Shown in pieces: positions 13,791 through 25,016 of a stretch of DNA of 64,000 bases. The DNA is from the human T2T-CHM13v2.0 reference genome, Homo sapiens: the NCBI RefSeq assembly GCF_009914755.1, contig NC_060927.1. One strand, 5' to 3'. The translations under genes were made by a program, and so were the position numbers. Each line of letters starts with the position of its first letter. The stretch's first letter is position 1. The notes under the pieces are model-generated. The model did no database searches. It was given only the letters and a program-made list of their open reading frames with translations, and was not told the DNA's origin.

Positions 13791-14279
13791 GAGCACAAAG
13801 CGGGGCGCACCGCGGGCGCCGGCAACGAGCCGGTGAACGAGGCGAGGCCCGTGCGCCCGCGGCTGCAAGCGCCCGCCTGGCGGGGAGAGGGGCCGGCGGC
13901 GTCAGCCCGGGCGGCGGCATCCCTAGGCGCCTGGGGCGCCTTCCTCCGGACCTGGCCGCTCGCTGCCCCGCCCTCTGCACCCCACTTCTCCGACCCTCCT
14001 TCCCAGTCCTGCCTCCCCCTGCCCTGGCCTCTGAGAGCCGACTGAGCCCAGCCCCGTGCAGCAGCGGTTGCCTGTGTCGCCGCCTAGTCTCCGGTCTTGG
14101 TGCTCTGCCGGGGGTGCCCCAAGGAGCCAGTGCGCGCTGCGGGCTGGGAAGGAGGCGCCGCTCAGCTAGTCCTCCTCCTCCTCCTCGTCTTTCTCCTCCT
14201 CCTGCTGCTGCTGCCGCCGCCGCCGCCGTGGGTGCCGGGTCCGCGCGCACCCCAACACCCCCACCAGCTGGGCCTCGGG
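13790..14279 (+). other. LRRN1: LRRN1 non-coding exon 1 (5' UTR); start approximate
   Basis: No ATG in this stretch; ends at strong donor GGG|GTAAGT (GT 14280-14281); lies downstream of CCAAT/GC boxes. Confidence 0.7.
14171..14228 (+). repeat. Compound trinucleotide repeat (CCT)5..(CTC)3(CTG)4(CCG)5 in the 5' UTR
   Basis: Read directly: (CTG)4 14202-14213, (CCG)5 14214-14228. Confidence 0.9.
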
Positions 14280-14890
14280 GTAAGTCCCTGGCCGGCCGCG
14301 CCGCGGCAGGAGGTGTGGGAGGCAGCGAGGGGAAGTCGAGGCAAACTTGGTGGCGTGGGAGACCCTACGGGGTCTGGGGAACCTCAGGGTAAGATCGCGG
14401 GCCTGAGGGGGACGAGGGGGCGCGGCTCACGGAGCTGGGGAAAATGACGAAGTCGGGAAACGAGAATATAGTGCCCCGTTTCCCCCCGTCCCCCTTGCCA
14501 AAAAAAAAAAAAAAAGGTGTGGGAGAGCGATAGTTGGGAAGGCAGGCCAGATAGAAACAGGCAAAAAAAGGCAGTGACCGGAGCCGAGCCTGCTGGATTT
14601 CAGGGGCCGACCAGGGGAGGGAGGTGCCCGGGGACGGGGAGGGAGGAGGGCTGCCGGGATGTGAACCGGGGAAGGCAGCTGGGGCTGGAGAGCAGCGCGG
14701 AAAGGGGGCCCAGGGAGCTGGAAAGCGGGCCAAGAGGAGGGCAAGGAAGGTGGCGGGCTACGGGGAGAGGAAAGAAAAAGGGTGTCTTGGCGGTGGCCTT
14801 GGTAAGAGAAAGGGGCAAGGGGTATAACTGACAAGGCACTGAAAGTATTGAAGTCAGAGCCTTGGGAAGGATCTACCGAACTCTCGGCGG

Positions 14891-15042
14891 TCCACGCGGG
14901 GACAGACCTCAGCCCGTGAGCCTTGAGCTCCACGCGGGGACAGACCTCAGCCCGTGAGCCTTGAGCTCCACGCGGGGACGGACCTCAGCCCGTGAGCCTT
15001 GAGCTCCACGCGGGGACAGACCTCAGCCCGTGAGCCTTGAGC
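14891..15042. repeat. 38-bp minisatellite/VNTR, 4 copies
   Basis: TCCACGCGGGGACAGACCTCAGCCCGTGAGCCTTGAGC at 14891, 14929, 14967 (one A>G) and 15005. Confidence 0.97.
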
Positions 15043-16293
15043 CCAGAAGGAGTGGCAGCCTCAGGACGTTTGCCAGGTGGCCTGGAATGTGAGGGAAGCC
15101 TCAGCCCCGCCAGGAACAGAGCTGGCGCTGAGTTCCCGGCTCGGCCCGGGTCAGAAGCGAGGAAAGTTTGCCGGCGAGTGTCCTTTGTGCTGCGTGGAGA
15201 GGGGTGTGGGCGGCCGCCGACTCGGCGCTTCCCCGCCGCCCGCCCAGGGAGTCCCTGCCTGGCAAGCTGGGGCTCGGGGAAAAGTCCAGCAGCGAGAGGG
15301 CCGCGTGTCCCGGGACGGTTCCAGGGGAGCCCGCGCGGAAACGCGGACCAGGCGCTTCGGCCCGGATGCTGGATCCAGGAGAAGGGGACCTCGCTTGCCG
15401 TGTCCACCGCCGCGGCCCCGGCGCCAAGAACAGAGCCTGGCCGTGAGTGAACGACTGGCCGGGGTACAAATGGTTTTGAAGCACTTGAAGCTCACAGGCA
15501 AAGGCTAAGAGTCTAAATCCCATCCCGCCGTAAGTATTTTCATTCCCAAACCTAAATCGTAAAGGAAAAGTGGAATTCTAATTGGGTGAGGGAACAGGTG
15601 CTGCCGACTCTGGCTTTTGCGTGGAGGATTTTCTAAAAGACAACATGTTTTGTTTTGTCTTGCCATGACAATCTAAATCATGTTAGTGGAATAGGCTCAT
15701 TATTTCATTTTTAAAAGCTAGGGCTGGAGGAGTGGAAAGTTCAGGAAGGCACTTTGATCAGTATAAATCTAGAGTAAAAGTGTTATTGGCTCCAGGGCCA
15801 TATGTGTCCCGAAGTCTCTGATTTGCATGCAAATGTGAGCGGATCCTGGCAGATGTCTGGCCTCATCCATTCACATGAAGGAATTTGAAAAGACAAGGAG
15901 TCTTCAGTTAACAATAGACCTTAAGAAAAGAGAATAAAGACGCAGTGTGAGTTTTTCTGTTTGGGAATTCCATGGTTTGCTGACACCTTTATTCAGGAGC
16001 CAAATTCTTTAAGTGCTATTGTATTGAAAGCTCAAAGTGCTGCTTGCTCTTTACCTGGCTGTATATATTCGTGCAATATTCAAGCTGGATATTCTAAGCT
16101 AGTTAGGAAAAGGTTTGTGTGAAGCAGACAGTAACTTTAACCCACTTCTGGCGGCTTGAAGTGATTTCTGAATTGACCCCTCAACTTTTCGAGTTTTCTT
16201 TTAATAATTTGACTCTTGCTCAAATTTGGTCCTCATCTTCAGAGCTATTCATTATAGTAGAAGATCGTTGTCGTTGACCGACATGAAGATTTC

Positions 16294-16335
16294 CTGAGAA
16301 TGTCCACTGTCTAGCTGAGAATGTCCACTGTCTAG
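16294..16335. repeat. Perfect 21-bp tandem duplication
   Basis: CTGAGAATGTCCACTGTCTAG x2. Confidence 0.95.
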
Positions 16336-19300
16336 CCAAAGTCATTTCGGTTCTTAAGGCACCAAACTGTAGAACTGCAGGTGATGCAACTGTCCCAACC
16401 CTAGTTACCCGAGTGGTTTTCAGGTCACATAACAGTGAACGGGGAGGTAGTCGTGCAGTAGACTCTGGAGCAAGGGCCTTTCTGCCGTGTCTAACATTAG
16501 CTGCGTGACCACACTGCACTGTTCACCTCTTGGCATTGTGCGACAGCTGAACAAAAGGCAGGCAGTGTGGGCCGCACGTGAGGCAGGCGATTATATTAAT
16601 ACCTACGACTAACCAGCCCCAGTGGCCTCTTCTTTTGTCAACCTCAAACACTGTTGAAGGGAAAAAGAACCTATTCACGGAACAGCATTTGCCCCAGTAT
16701 TCTATATATTCACTGAAAGGGACATTAAAATACAACACCCCCCCAACCCCCGCCAGAAAAAAAAGACAACATTGTTTTGGAGGGCTCAGTGTTTCGGGGG
16801 AGGGGTGGACAACAGATGTTAGTCTGCTATTTTACATGTTCCTTTAAGTTATTTTTGCAGGTTCAGTGCCTTTTATACATAAGGCAATATTTTCACAGGA
16901 TGGGGAAAAATGAATTGAATCAAATTTAAGTAAGAAAATGTTATAGCCAAGTTTGCATTTTGTGTCTTAGAGCTATATAGAAGTCAGAAAGTAACAAATC
17001 ATTCTAATAAACTCTTAATTTGACTCTACACGCCTGATGTCTTCCTGATAGAGTTGAAGGGTAACTTAAAATAAACTTGACATTTCTAGACTATAAACCA
17101 TTTTGTTGTAAAGTTATCTAGATATTTTTGAAACCTGGTAAGTTAAAAATGACCCTCACATTTGTGAAACCTTATCTTTGGCAATTAACCTGCCTGTGTA
17201 ATCGTTATTCTGCAAGTCTAATGAAAGGACAGATTAGAACTCATTCCTTGGTAAATAAAACTGATAAAGTGTTTATTAGAAAAGGAACATTCTGCTAAAT
17301 AAAAGATCTCAAGACCAGATCCAACTGCAGACTGTGTTTCTAAAAAATAACCTCAGCTAGCTCTGGTTAATGTCTGAAATTCTGGGAAAGCAAGGAAAAA
17401 CTCAACCATTGATCTCTCTCTGGTTAGTCTGTGCTAAGGCCACCTTCTTGATCTAAACTGCTAGAGCCATTACCACATATTCTAAAGCAGTGACACTCAT
17501 GGGAATATACTAGGTACTAAAGAAAATCGGTCTCTACGGAGTTATATTGCTACTTCCCAAGCCAGTGGAATATAAATAATAATGATAAATAATCAGAATG
17601 GTGGGCTTTTTATACCACCATAAGTAGGCCATAAGTCATAAATAAAATATGGTAAATTATAGGATGCAGATGCCAGTTTTACGAGACTTGCACAATGCTT
17701 ACTTAAAATTTATTTTTAAGTTACAAAATAATAGTTCCCCGAATGATTCATTTCAGCACTAATGTCAGGTTATTCAAATATTGTATTTAATTTTAAAAAA
17801 TTATGCTGAACATCTATTTTGGGTTAAGCCAATCTGGAGATAAAGCAAATTCCATTGTAGAATCATATGATCATTTAGAATCATATGTTTCTGGGAACAA
17901 TGAAAGTATCTTTAACTCATGAATAGAGCTCTGATTAATATTTAATTCAGGATGAAATTATATGGGTGAAGTCAGAAAAACATTTATTCTCTCTTGTTTT
18001 GGCTCAAAGTACAGAATAGAGATAAAAGTTAAACCCTATCTGTAAAATTCAATACTTTAGTGACCAAGGGATCCATTTGTTCTAAAGGTCTTTTTAGGTG
18101 AAGTTTGCTTTTTAATTTCTTGTTTTAGCATATATTAGCATTCACCTGCTTTACAGATCTGTTACAGAATGTAGCCTCCCGAGTTCTGAAACATAGATAA
18201 ATGCATGATAAATGGTTTATTGACATTGCATTATAATCCATGATAAAATGATAAATGTTTCCAGACTTTATGGGCACCCTGTAGAACTGTTAAGCATATT
18301 ATCCAATAATTAAAATACATACCATTTTATGTTACAGTTTTTTAAAAGAAACAATATGCAAGCTTTACTACTATTTATATTTTCTACTTTTTGAATGTTT
18401 TCAAAGCTCTAGGCAAATGTCGGGAGTTACTAACAATTTTATCAGTTGATTGGTTGGTTAGCAAGCTATTATCCAGTCGTAGCTGGATGATCTTGGATCA
18501 GTTGCTTAACCCCATACCAACCTTCAATTTTGTCATGTATAACATAATCGAGTTGGGAGAATAACGCTGGAAGGACTAACTGCCATAATCAGTGAGATTA
18601 CTAAAAGGTTTATGTAAGCCATGCCTCCAGTACCACAATTAACATCAACATTTAACTTATATGGAACCATTGTACCTAATGAACTGAGGATCATTCCTGA
18701 GATGCGGAGAATCTAGGGGTGAACTTGGAATAATACATTCCCAAGGTCCTGTCCACTCTGACTTTAGAGTACCCTCTAAAGATGCTGCTGTATCAGCTTA
18801 AGACACTTAGTTTTAAAATCTATGGAGTGAAAACTGCTTTTAGAGTGGCTTATTGCCTTCCATTTATACTCTTTATTGCTCAGAGGTTAGAGTGTTATTT
18901 GAAAGCTCCGATTAATATAAATGAGTTGTAATTTTCCAACCCAGGCTGTCCTAGCTCACATCTATTATACCACTGGCAGACATGTGGACTCCACAGCTGT
19001 CCCCTCATTTGTGTATGAAACAGACACACTGGTGGCATTTTTTGGTTACCATAGTTACATTAACAATGTACATGTGACATGACATCCTTCTATGTGAAAG
19101 GTTTCTGTGGCAGATATTTTGTAGACCTGGGAGTAAAGGAAAACTATTTAAAGTTTGGGGAACACATAAATTAGTCTGCCATTGTATTCCGGAGCCACCA
19201 TTTCAATCCAGGGAAGAGAGCCATCCTACAGTGGTGTCCAGGAAAGGACAATCTTGGAAACAAAGATTTTCAAGGGAGGCATTTCCAGCAATGCCTAACC

Positions 19301-20286
19301 TCTTCAGGAGAGTGTCCATTTAATATTCATTTCAAAATATTTGCTCTTCCTATTTGTGACTGCCCTTTGTGAGATAATGTATTAGCATAGTCATTTTCAA
19401 TTTGTAGGGGGACAGTGGGCAGCACCAATATTAGCACCTATCTCAGTAAGACCTAGGAAACAAAAAAGGAGTTTGCACTATTAAGCAGTGAGCCACAGAA
19501 AGAATCATCCTTTAGAAAAACTAAAAAAGCTTTAAAAGAGAGAAAGGTGGCTTAATTGGTTTCATGCCTATAATTTTCCCCTCTAGAAAGAAAAATGTTA
19601 GCATGGCAATAAAGAATATCATTAACCTGCATTGTTATTTCACAATAGTGATAAGTCTTAGTTTGCATCCATAATAATCAGTGTAATCAAGTACTGTACA
19701 GAGAATCAGGAAGGCGCAGGCTCAATTCCCAGCAATGACACTAATGACTCAATGTCTGACCTTCTGGATGTCCTGCAACCATCCCGGTGCTTCATGGCTC
19801 TATCAGAGTTGTGCGTTAAAGGATCCAGGAACACTGGTAGATGATTTCAATATCACCAGTGCGAATAATTTGATTTCTGCCCCAAGAGCTAGAATTATAT
19901 GGAGAGCTAATGGTCTGGGTACAGCCCCTACCTTTCTGCAAGGTGATGTTTCTGGTCCCTAATCCCATAGCTAAGAGATTTTGTTGTTCTTTTTAAAATT
20001 TTCTCTCCCTAGCATTGACAGTTTCTCACCACCTCACCTGGGCCTGCTTGAGGGGAAAAATTTTACCAGGGGTACAGGAAGCCATTTACAATCATTAAAC
20101 ATTTGTTCACCTCACAAGTATATATTGAGCACCTGCTGTATGCCAGGCATTACAGAAGGCAGTAAAACTGAAATAAGTTAGCTTGATTTTTCTGCAGCTT
20201 GTACATTGGAGCATTTTGTTTCCATCAACCTATGCATTCTCCTACAAGTATTTATTGAGTGCTCTGTAGGAAAAAGGCACTCTGCA

Positions 20287-20500
20287 CAGAGGATTTCAAC
20301 CAAGGGTGATTTTTGCCTCTGAGGGGACATTAGGCAATATTTGGAGCCTTCTTTTTGTCATCTGCTGTCACAAGTGAGGGTGGGATGAGGGTGTTATACC
20401 GGCATCTAATGGGATGCTGCTCAGCATCCTAAAATGCATAGCACTGGAAGCCCCACGACGGAGAATTATCTGGTCCAAATGTCAGTAGTCGCAAGGATCC
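20287..20500 (+). mobile_element. MER20 (hAT-Charlie) DNA element
   Basis: GGGTGATTTTTGCCTCTGAGGGGACATTAGGCAAT...GGATGCTGCTCAGCATCCTAAAATGCA...AGAATTATCTGGTCCAAATGTCAGTAGT. Confidence 0.75.
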
Positions 20501-23428
20501 TGCCTCTGCCCTCAGTGAGCTTCAGTCTAGTCGGGGTTACAGAAAGGAGACTGACAAGTGCAGCATAGCGTGCTATGATGGTGGGAGTGCAGGCTACACA
20601 AGTACAGAAGCAGCAGCCTTAACTCAGATGTCAGCTGCCAGCAGAGGCTTTAAGAAACAGACTGGTTAATTCACAGAACAGGCTTTCACCTGCCACACAA
20701 GTGCTCAGCAGGAGACGATTTTCCATCTAGCCTCTTTGAACATAAGGGGGTTGGATGGTTGCTTGAGAGAGGGTAGACTCCTTAAGTTTGTCAAGAACTT
20801 TAAACTGAAGATGGAGTTAATTCCTTGTAGGAGTTGGTCAGAATTCAGTGTGTCTTGAGTAAACGGGAGAGGAGGCTGGAAACAGAGAGAAAGTCGATAG
20901 CAATAGACATAGGACAGCACAAGCTGCATGAAGAGAAGATGCAGCTGAGTTGACAAAGCTGTCACTGCCTCATATTTTAGAGCTTTAAACTTTGCCAAAT
21001 CCTTAAATATTTATCTCATTTGACCTATAACATCCTGAGAAACCAAATGTGATTGTTCTTTCTCCTTTTCCCCAGTAACTGAGGGACAAGAGTCATGGAG
21101 AGGTTCACTGTGACTGTGGACAAGTCACTCGATGAAGTTTATCTGTAAAAGGAGAGGTCTTGTGAGGCTCCTCTTCCCAGCACAAGTTGAATTTGTCTAG
21201 GGTCACCCATCTAGGGGGAGACTGGAGGTGGGATAAGACCTGAGACTCCTGTCTCTCTCAGACCTAGTGTCTTCCACTCAGATGGTAGCAGCTTCCTAGA
21301 CCGTGGAGTCCTAACAGGTAACAAGCTGACGGTGACTCAGCATGCTAGCTCTTGGGTTACCGAAGAAAGCAAGGACCTACGATGCATCGGTTAAAAAGTA
21401 TCATGCAGAGAAACTTAAGCTGGGTTTCCCCTATACCTAAGGATTAACCACGCCCCCTACCTAATGGCTTATCTTAAGCTGACCTTAGCCACTTAAAAAA
21501 AGACTTGTGACAATCTGGGAAGAAAGGTTCATAGGAGAGTGCAGCTAGAGTTAGAAAACGAGATAGAAAATGGGACAACCCAGAACATGTGGGAAGAATG
21601 GACTGCCTAGAATAGATGTTATAGTGGTATCATTTTCTGTTTTCGTTGATTTTTGTTTTTTCTTTGATAGGAGCGTTTTAACTTTCGTATCAGAGAATAA
21701 TGACCAGTGTATACAGATATGCACACTTACATGCACACACATCACACATATAGAGCAGGGGAGACAGATTTCATACAAGTTTATGTTTGTTTCTTGTTTG
21801 TTTAGTAAGACTTGCACATCAGAACGAGTTTTGGAGAGAACCTTCCCTCAAGGTCTTATTTCTGGTTTCTCTGGGATAATGAGTGTAAGGTTTCCTATGA
21901 GAAGTAAGACTGAGAAGCCACATGACTACTCAAGGTTCTTTTCATTCTCTGTGGTTTCCAGGATCAGGAGTGAGAGTTAGGTAGGACTTCAACCATATCC
22001 TGAGAGTTTCCCGGACACATGTGGAATCTACATGAACTCATCAGACCATCAGAGAACCATAAGGACAGTGGAGTAGCAATGACTGGCTTTCTCCAGGTTG
22101 TTATTCTAGCTGACTGTGGTTCTGTGCAGTGAGGACTACATGTAAGGCCTAACCCCCCAAAGGACCAGTTAGCTTTGCTGTGTTCCACAGGGACACAGCC
22201 AGCCTCCTCACGTACTCAGAAACTCATCCTTTCTCATGGGGAGGCCATGTGAAAAATGTAGGTCACTTCAAAGCCATCTGAAGGCAAAACACAAAATATG
22301 TGGGCAAAGGCTGGTGGGATATGTTTCTCTTCATGCATTCATTCACACTGTCAAATTGGAGTCCTGGTGAACAAGTTCCCAAATGGCTTCACTACCAGGA
22401 TTGAGCACTGGAGCGGAGATTAGTTCTATGCAAATGAGATGCTTTAGTGATCGAGAGGAAAATATTACATAGAGCTCCCAAATTCTATCCCCAGAGCCCA
22501 TTTTTCCTAACGTAGCATACAGTAGTAGCAGTAGAATAATGATACTCTACACTGTGCCTTTCCAATGTGTTGGGACCCATCACCAACACCTTATGTGCAT
22601 TAACTCCTTTAATCCTTGCAACAACTCTGTAATGTAGACACCCACTTTATAGCTCAGGAAACTAAGGCAGACCGCAACTAAGTACCTTGCCCAAGGTCAA
22701 ACAACTAGTGTGTATGTAATAAATATTTGTCAAGTGAATGAATGAATGAATGAATGGGTACACATCTGTTTTAGAGGAGAGAGTCCTTTACTTGAATTCT
22801 CAGTTTATGGCATTCCTGCTTTCCAGGCAGGGCATTTTCAAGAACTGCCTCTGTGACTTGTGAATGATAGGGGAAGAGCTGGTCGGTGGAGAAGCAGGGG
22901 TTGAACTTGGGTCTGTCTGACTCTAAACCTGTACTGTTAAAGTGCTTGGCTATATTTCTTCCTCTTTAATTGCAGCTATAAAACAAGAGGACTGGACTAC
23001 GTTAGCTCTCTTAGCCCATTCCACTCAAAAAGTTACATAATTCCATATTAAAGTCTATGTAAAATAAATCACTTTTTTAAATTTTACTACTTTTAATTTT
23101 GAAATCTAGTTTGGTATTTTTATTTAACCAATCATTGAATTATCTTTTAAAATTATATTAGAATTATTAACAGAACATATTTATAAACCCTCTTTAAATC
23201 ATTTTAAATGGATGAGAATGCATAGTTACAGATTGCATTCTCCTAACCCTTACCATCTCACTGCCTATTAAGTTATATCATCATTGTCTAAATTTAGGTG
23301 TCTAAAAATTGAAAAGCATCTTTTGTTACACAGGGAAAAGACAGGTAAAGTGATTAATTTTGAAAAAATTACTGCCGATATTTGCAGAAATAAGTAGGTT
23401 GCTGAATCTAATGAATAGTATTGAATGA

Positions 23429-23725
<297 letters not shown>

Positions 23726-24842
23726 ATGAAAAGTATTGAATGATTTTTATGAGCTTCAAACTGCTAGCAATATTAAAAGCTACTACTTGAGATTCGCTTC
23801 TAAGGATTGTTTTGCTTTAAGGTATCCTCCTGACATGCAAGTGAAGCATCAGAGCAATGTGTCAGTCATTGCCGTAGTGTTACAGGACATGCAGCCCAAG
23901 GCAGGGGAAGGAGTGGGTAACAAGGCATGTCCTAGATTTGGGAAGAGTTAGTTTCAGAACTGCTTCTCAGCTCTGTGATCTAGAGTGATTTCATGGAACC
24001 TCAGTATCTACATCTGCAAAATGGGGATGATAATAGAGCCCGCCTCTTAGAATCACTAGAATCATTCAGTGAGAACATGCATATAAAGTCCTTAGCACAG
24101 TTCCTCTTCCAAGGTACATACTTAGTATACAGTAGCAATGAGTAGAAGTGGTATTTGTGTTCAAATCTGACATTTCTGCCTGCTACAAAGTCTGCATTCT
24201 GAGGATGCTAATTCTGAGGCAAGTGGAGAGATTTTAAGGGACAAGAAGACTCAGACTAGATATTTTATGAAGTCCGTAGTTGACATGGTTGTCACCTTTC
24301 GTGGTGGACCCCTAGAGTGCTTTATGTTTGTCTAGACATGAGAAATATGGATTCCACTGATGTGCTTTGAAAGAATTGGCAAACAGGTGAATACATTAGA
24401 GCCTTTTTTGTTTGTTTCCAGATTCTCTTCTGTATCCCACTCTCTCTTTTCTCTCTGAAAATATTATAATGCCCCTAAATGGTGATTCATGGAATCACAT
24501 TTTCTAAATAAAGAGAATAGGTTAGGTTCAGAGATATCATTCCACCAAGAGGAGCTGAATTTAAGACATTGTAGCAAACAAACCCAAAAGCTTCACCTCT
24601 CTGCCTCCACTGTGATATGAAGGTTGGCCATGTAAAACTCTTAGAACAATGCTGAGCGTGTTGTAAATGGTCCATAGACAATGCAGCTACCATTGTTACT
24701 GTTAATTCTTAGTATCATCGTCATCATACAATATCATCATCTTGTATCTTGACCAAACCACAAGGCTTCTGGTTAGGACCAGATTAGAACAGTGCAGTTT
24801 AACCACAAATCTTTCTGGAAGCAAGAGAAAGTCACCAGGTAT

Positions 24843-25016
24843 GCTGGGCATGGTGGTGCACACCTGTAGTCCCAGTTACTTGGGAGGCTGAGGTGGGAGG
24901 ATCACCTGAACCCAGGAGATTCAGGCTGCAGTGATTCCTGATCACACCACTGTACTCTAGCCTGAGTGACAAAGCAAGATGTTGTCTCTTTAAGAAAAGG
25001 AAAGAAAGAAAAGAAA
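24843..25016 (+). mobile_element. Alu right monomer (FRAM/AluJ-like) with TSD
   Basis: GCTGGGCATGGTGGTGCACACCTGTAGTCCCAG...A-rich tail; AAGAGA(A/C)AGTCACCAGG on both flanks. Confidence 0.85.

Larger units (their letters stand above)
13200..15530. promoter_or_regulatory. LRRN1: CpG island spanning LRRN1 promoter, exon 1 and start of intron 1
   Basis: Abrupt switch to very GC- and CpG-rich sequence within AT-rich, CpG-depleted flanks. Confidence 0.92.

Noticed and set aside
14891-15042. 38-bp repeats as a possible CRISPR-like array
   Set aside because: Units are head-to-tail with no unique spacers, there are no cas genes, and the context is eukaryotic: a minisatellite.
13187-15523. Many overlapping 100-227 aa ORFs in the CpG island
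   Set aside because: GC-rich DNA is depleted of stops; mostly non-ATG starts, low-complexity A/G/P/R translations and no domain resemblance.
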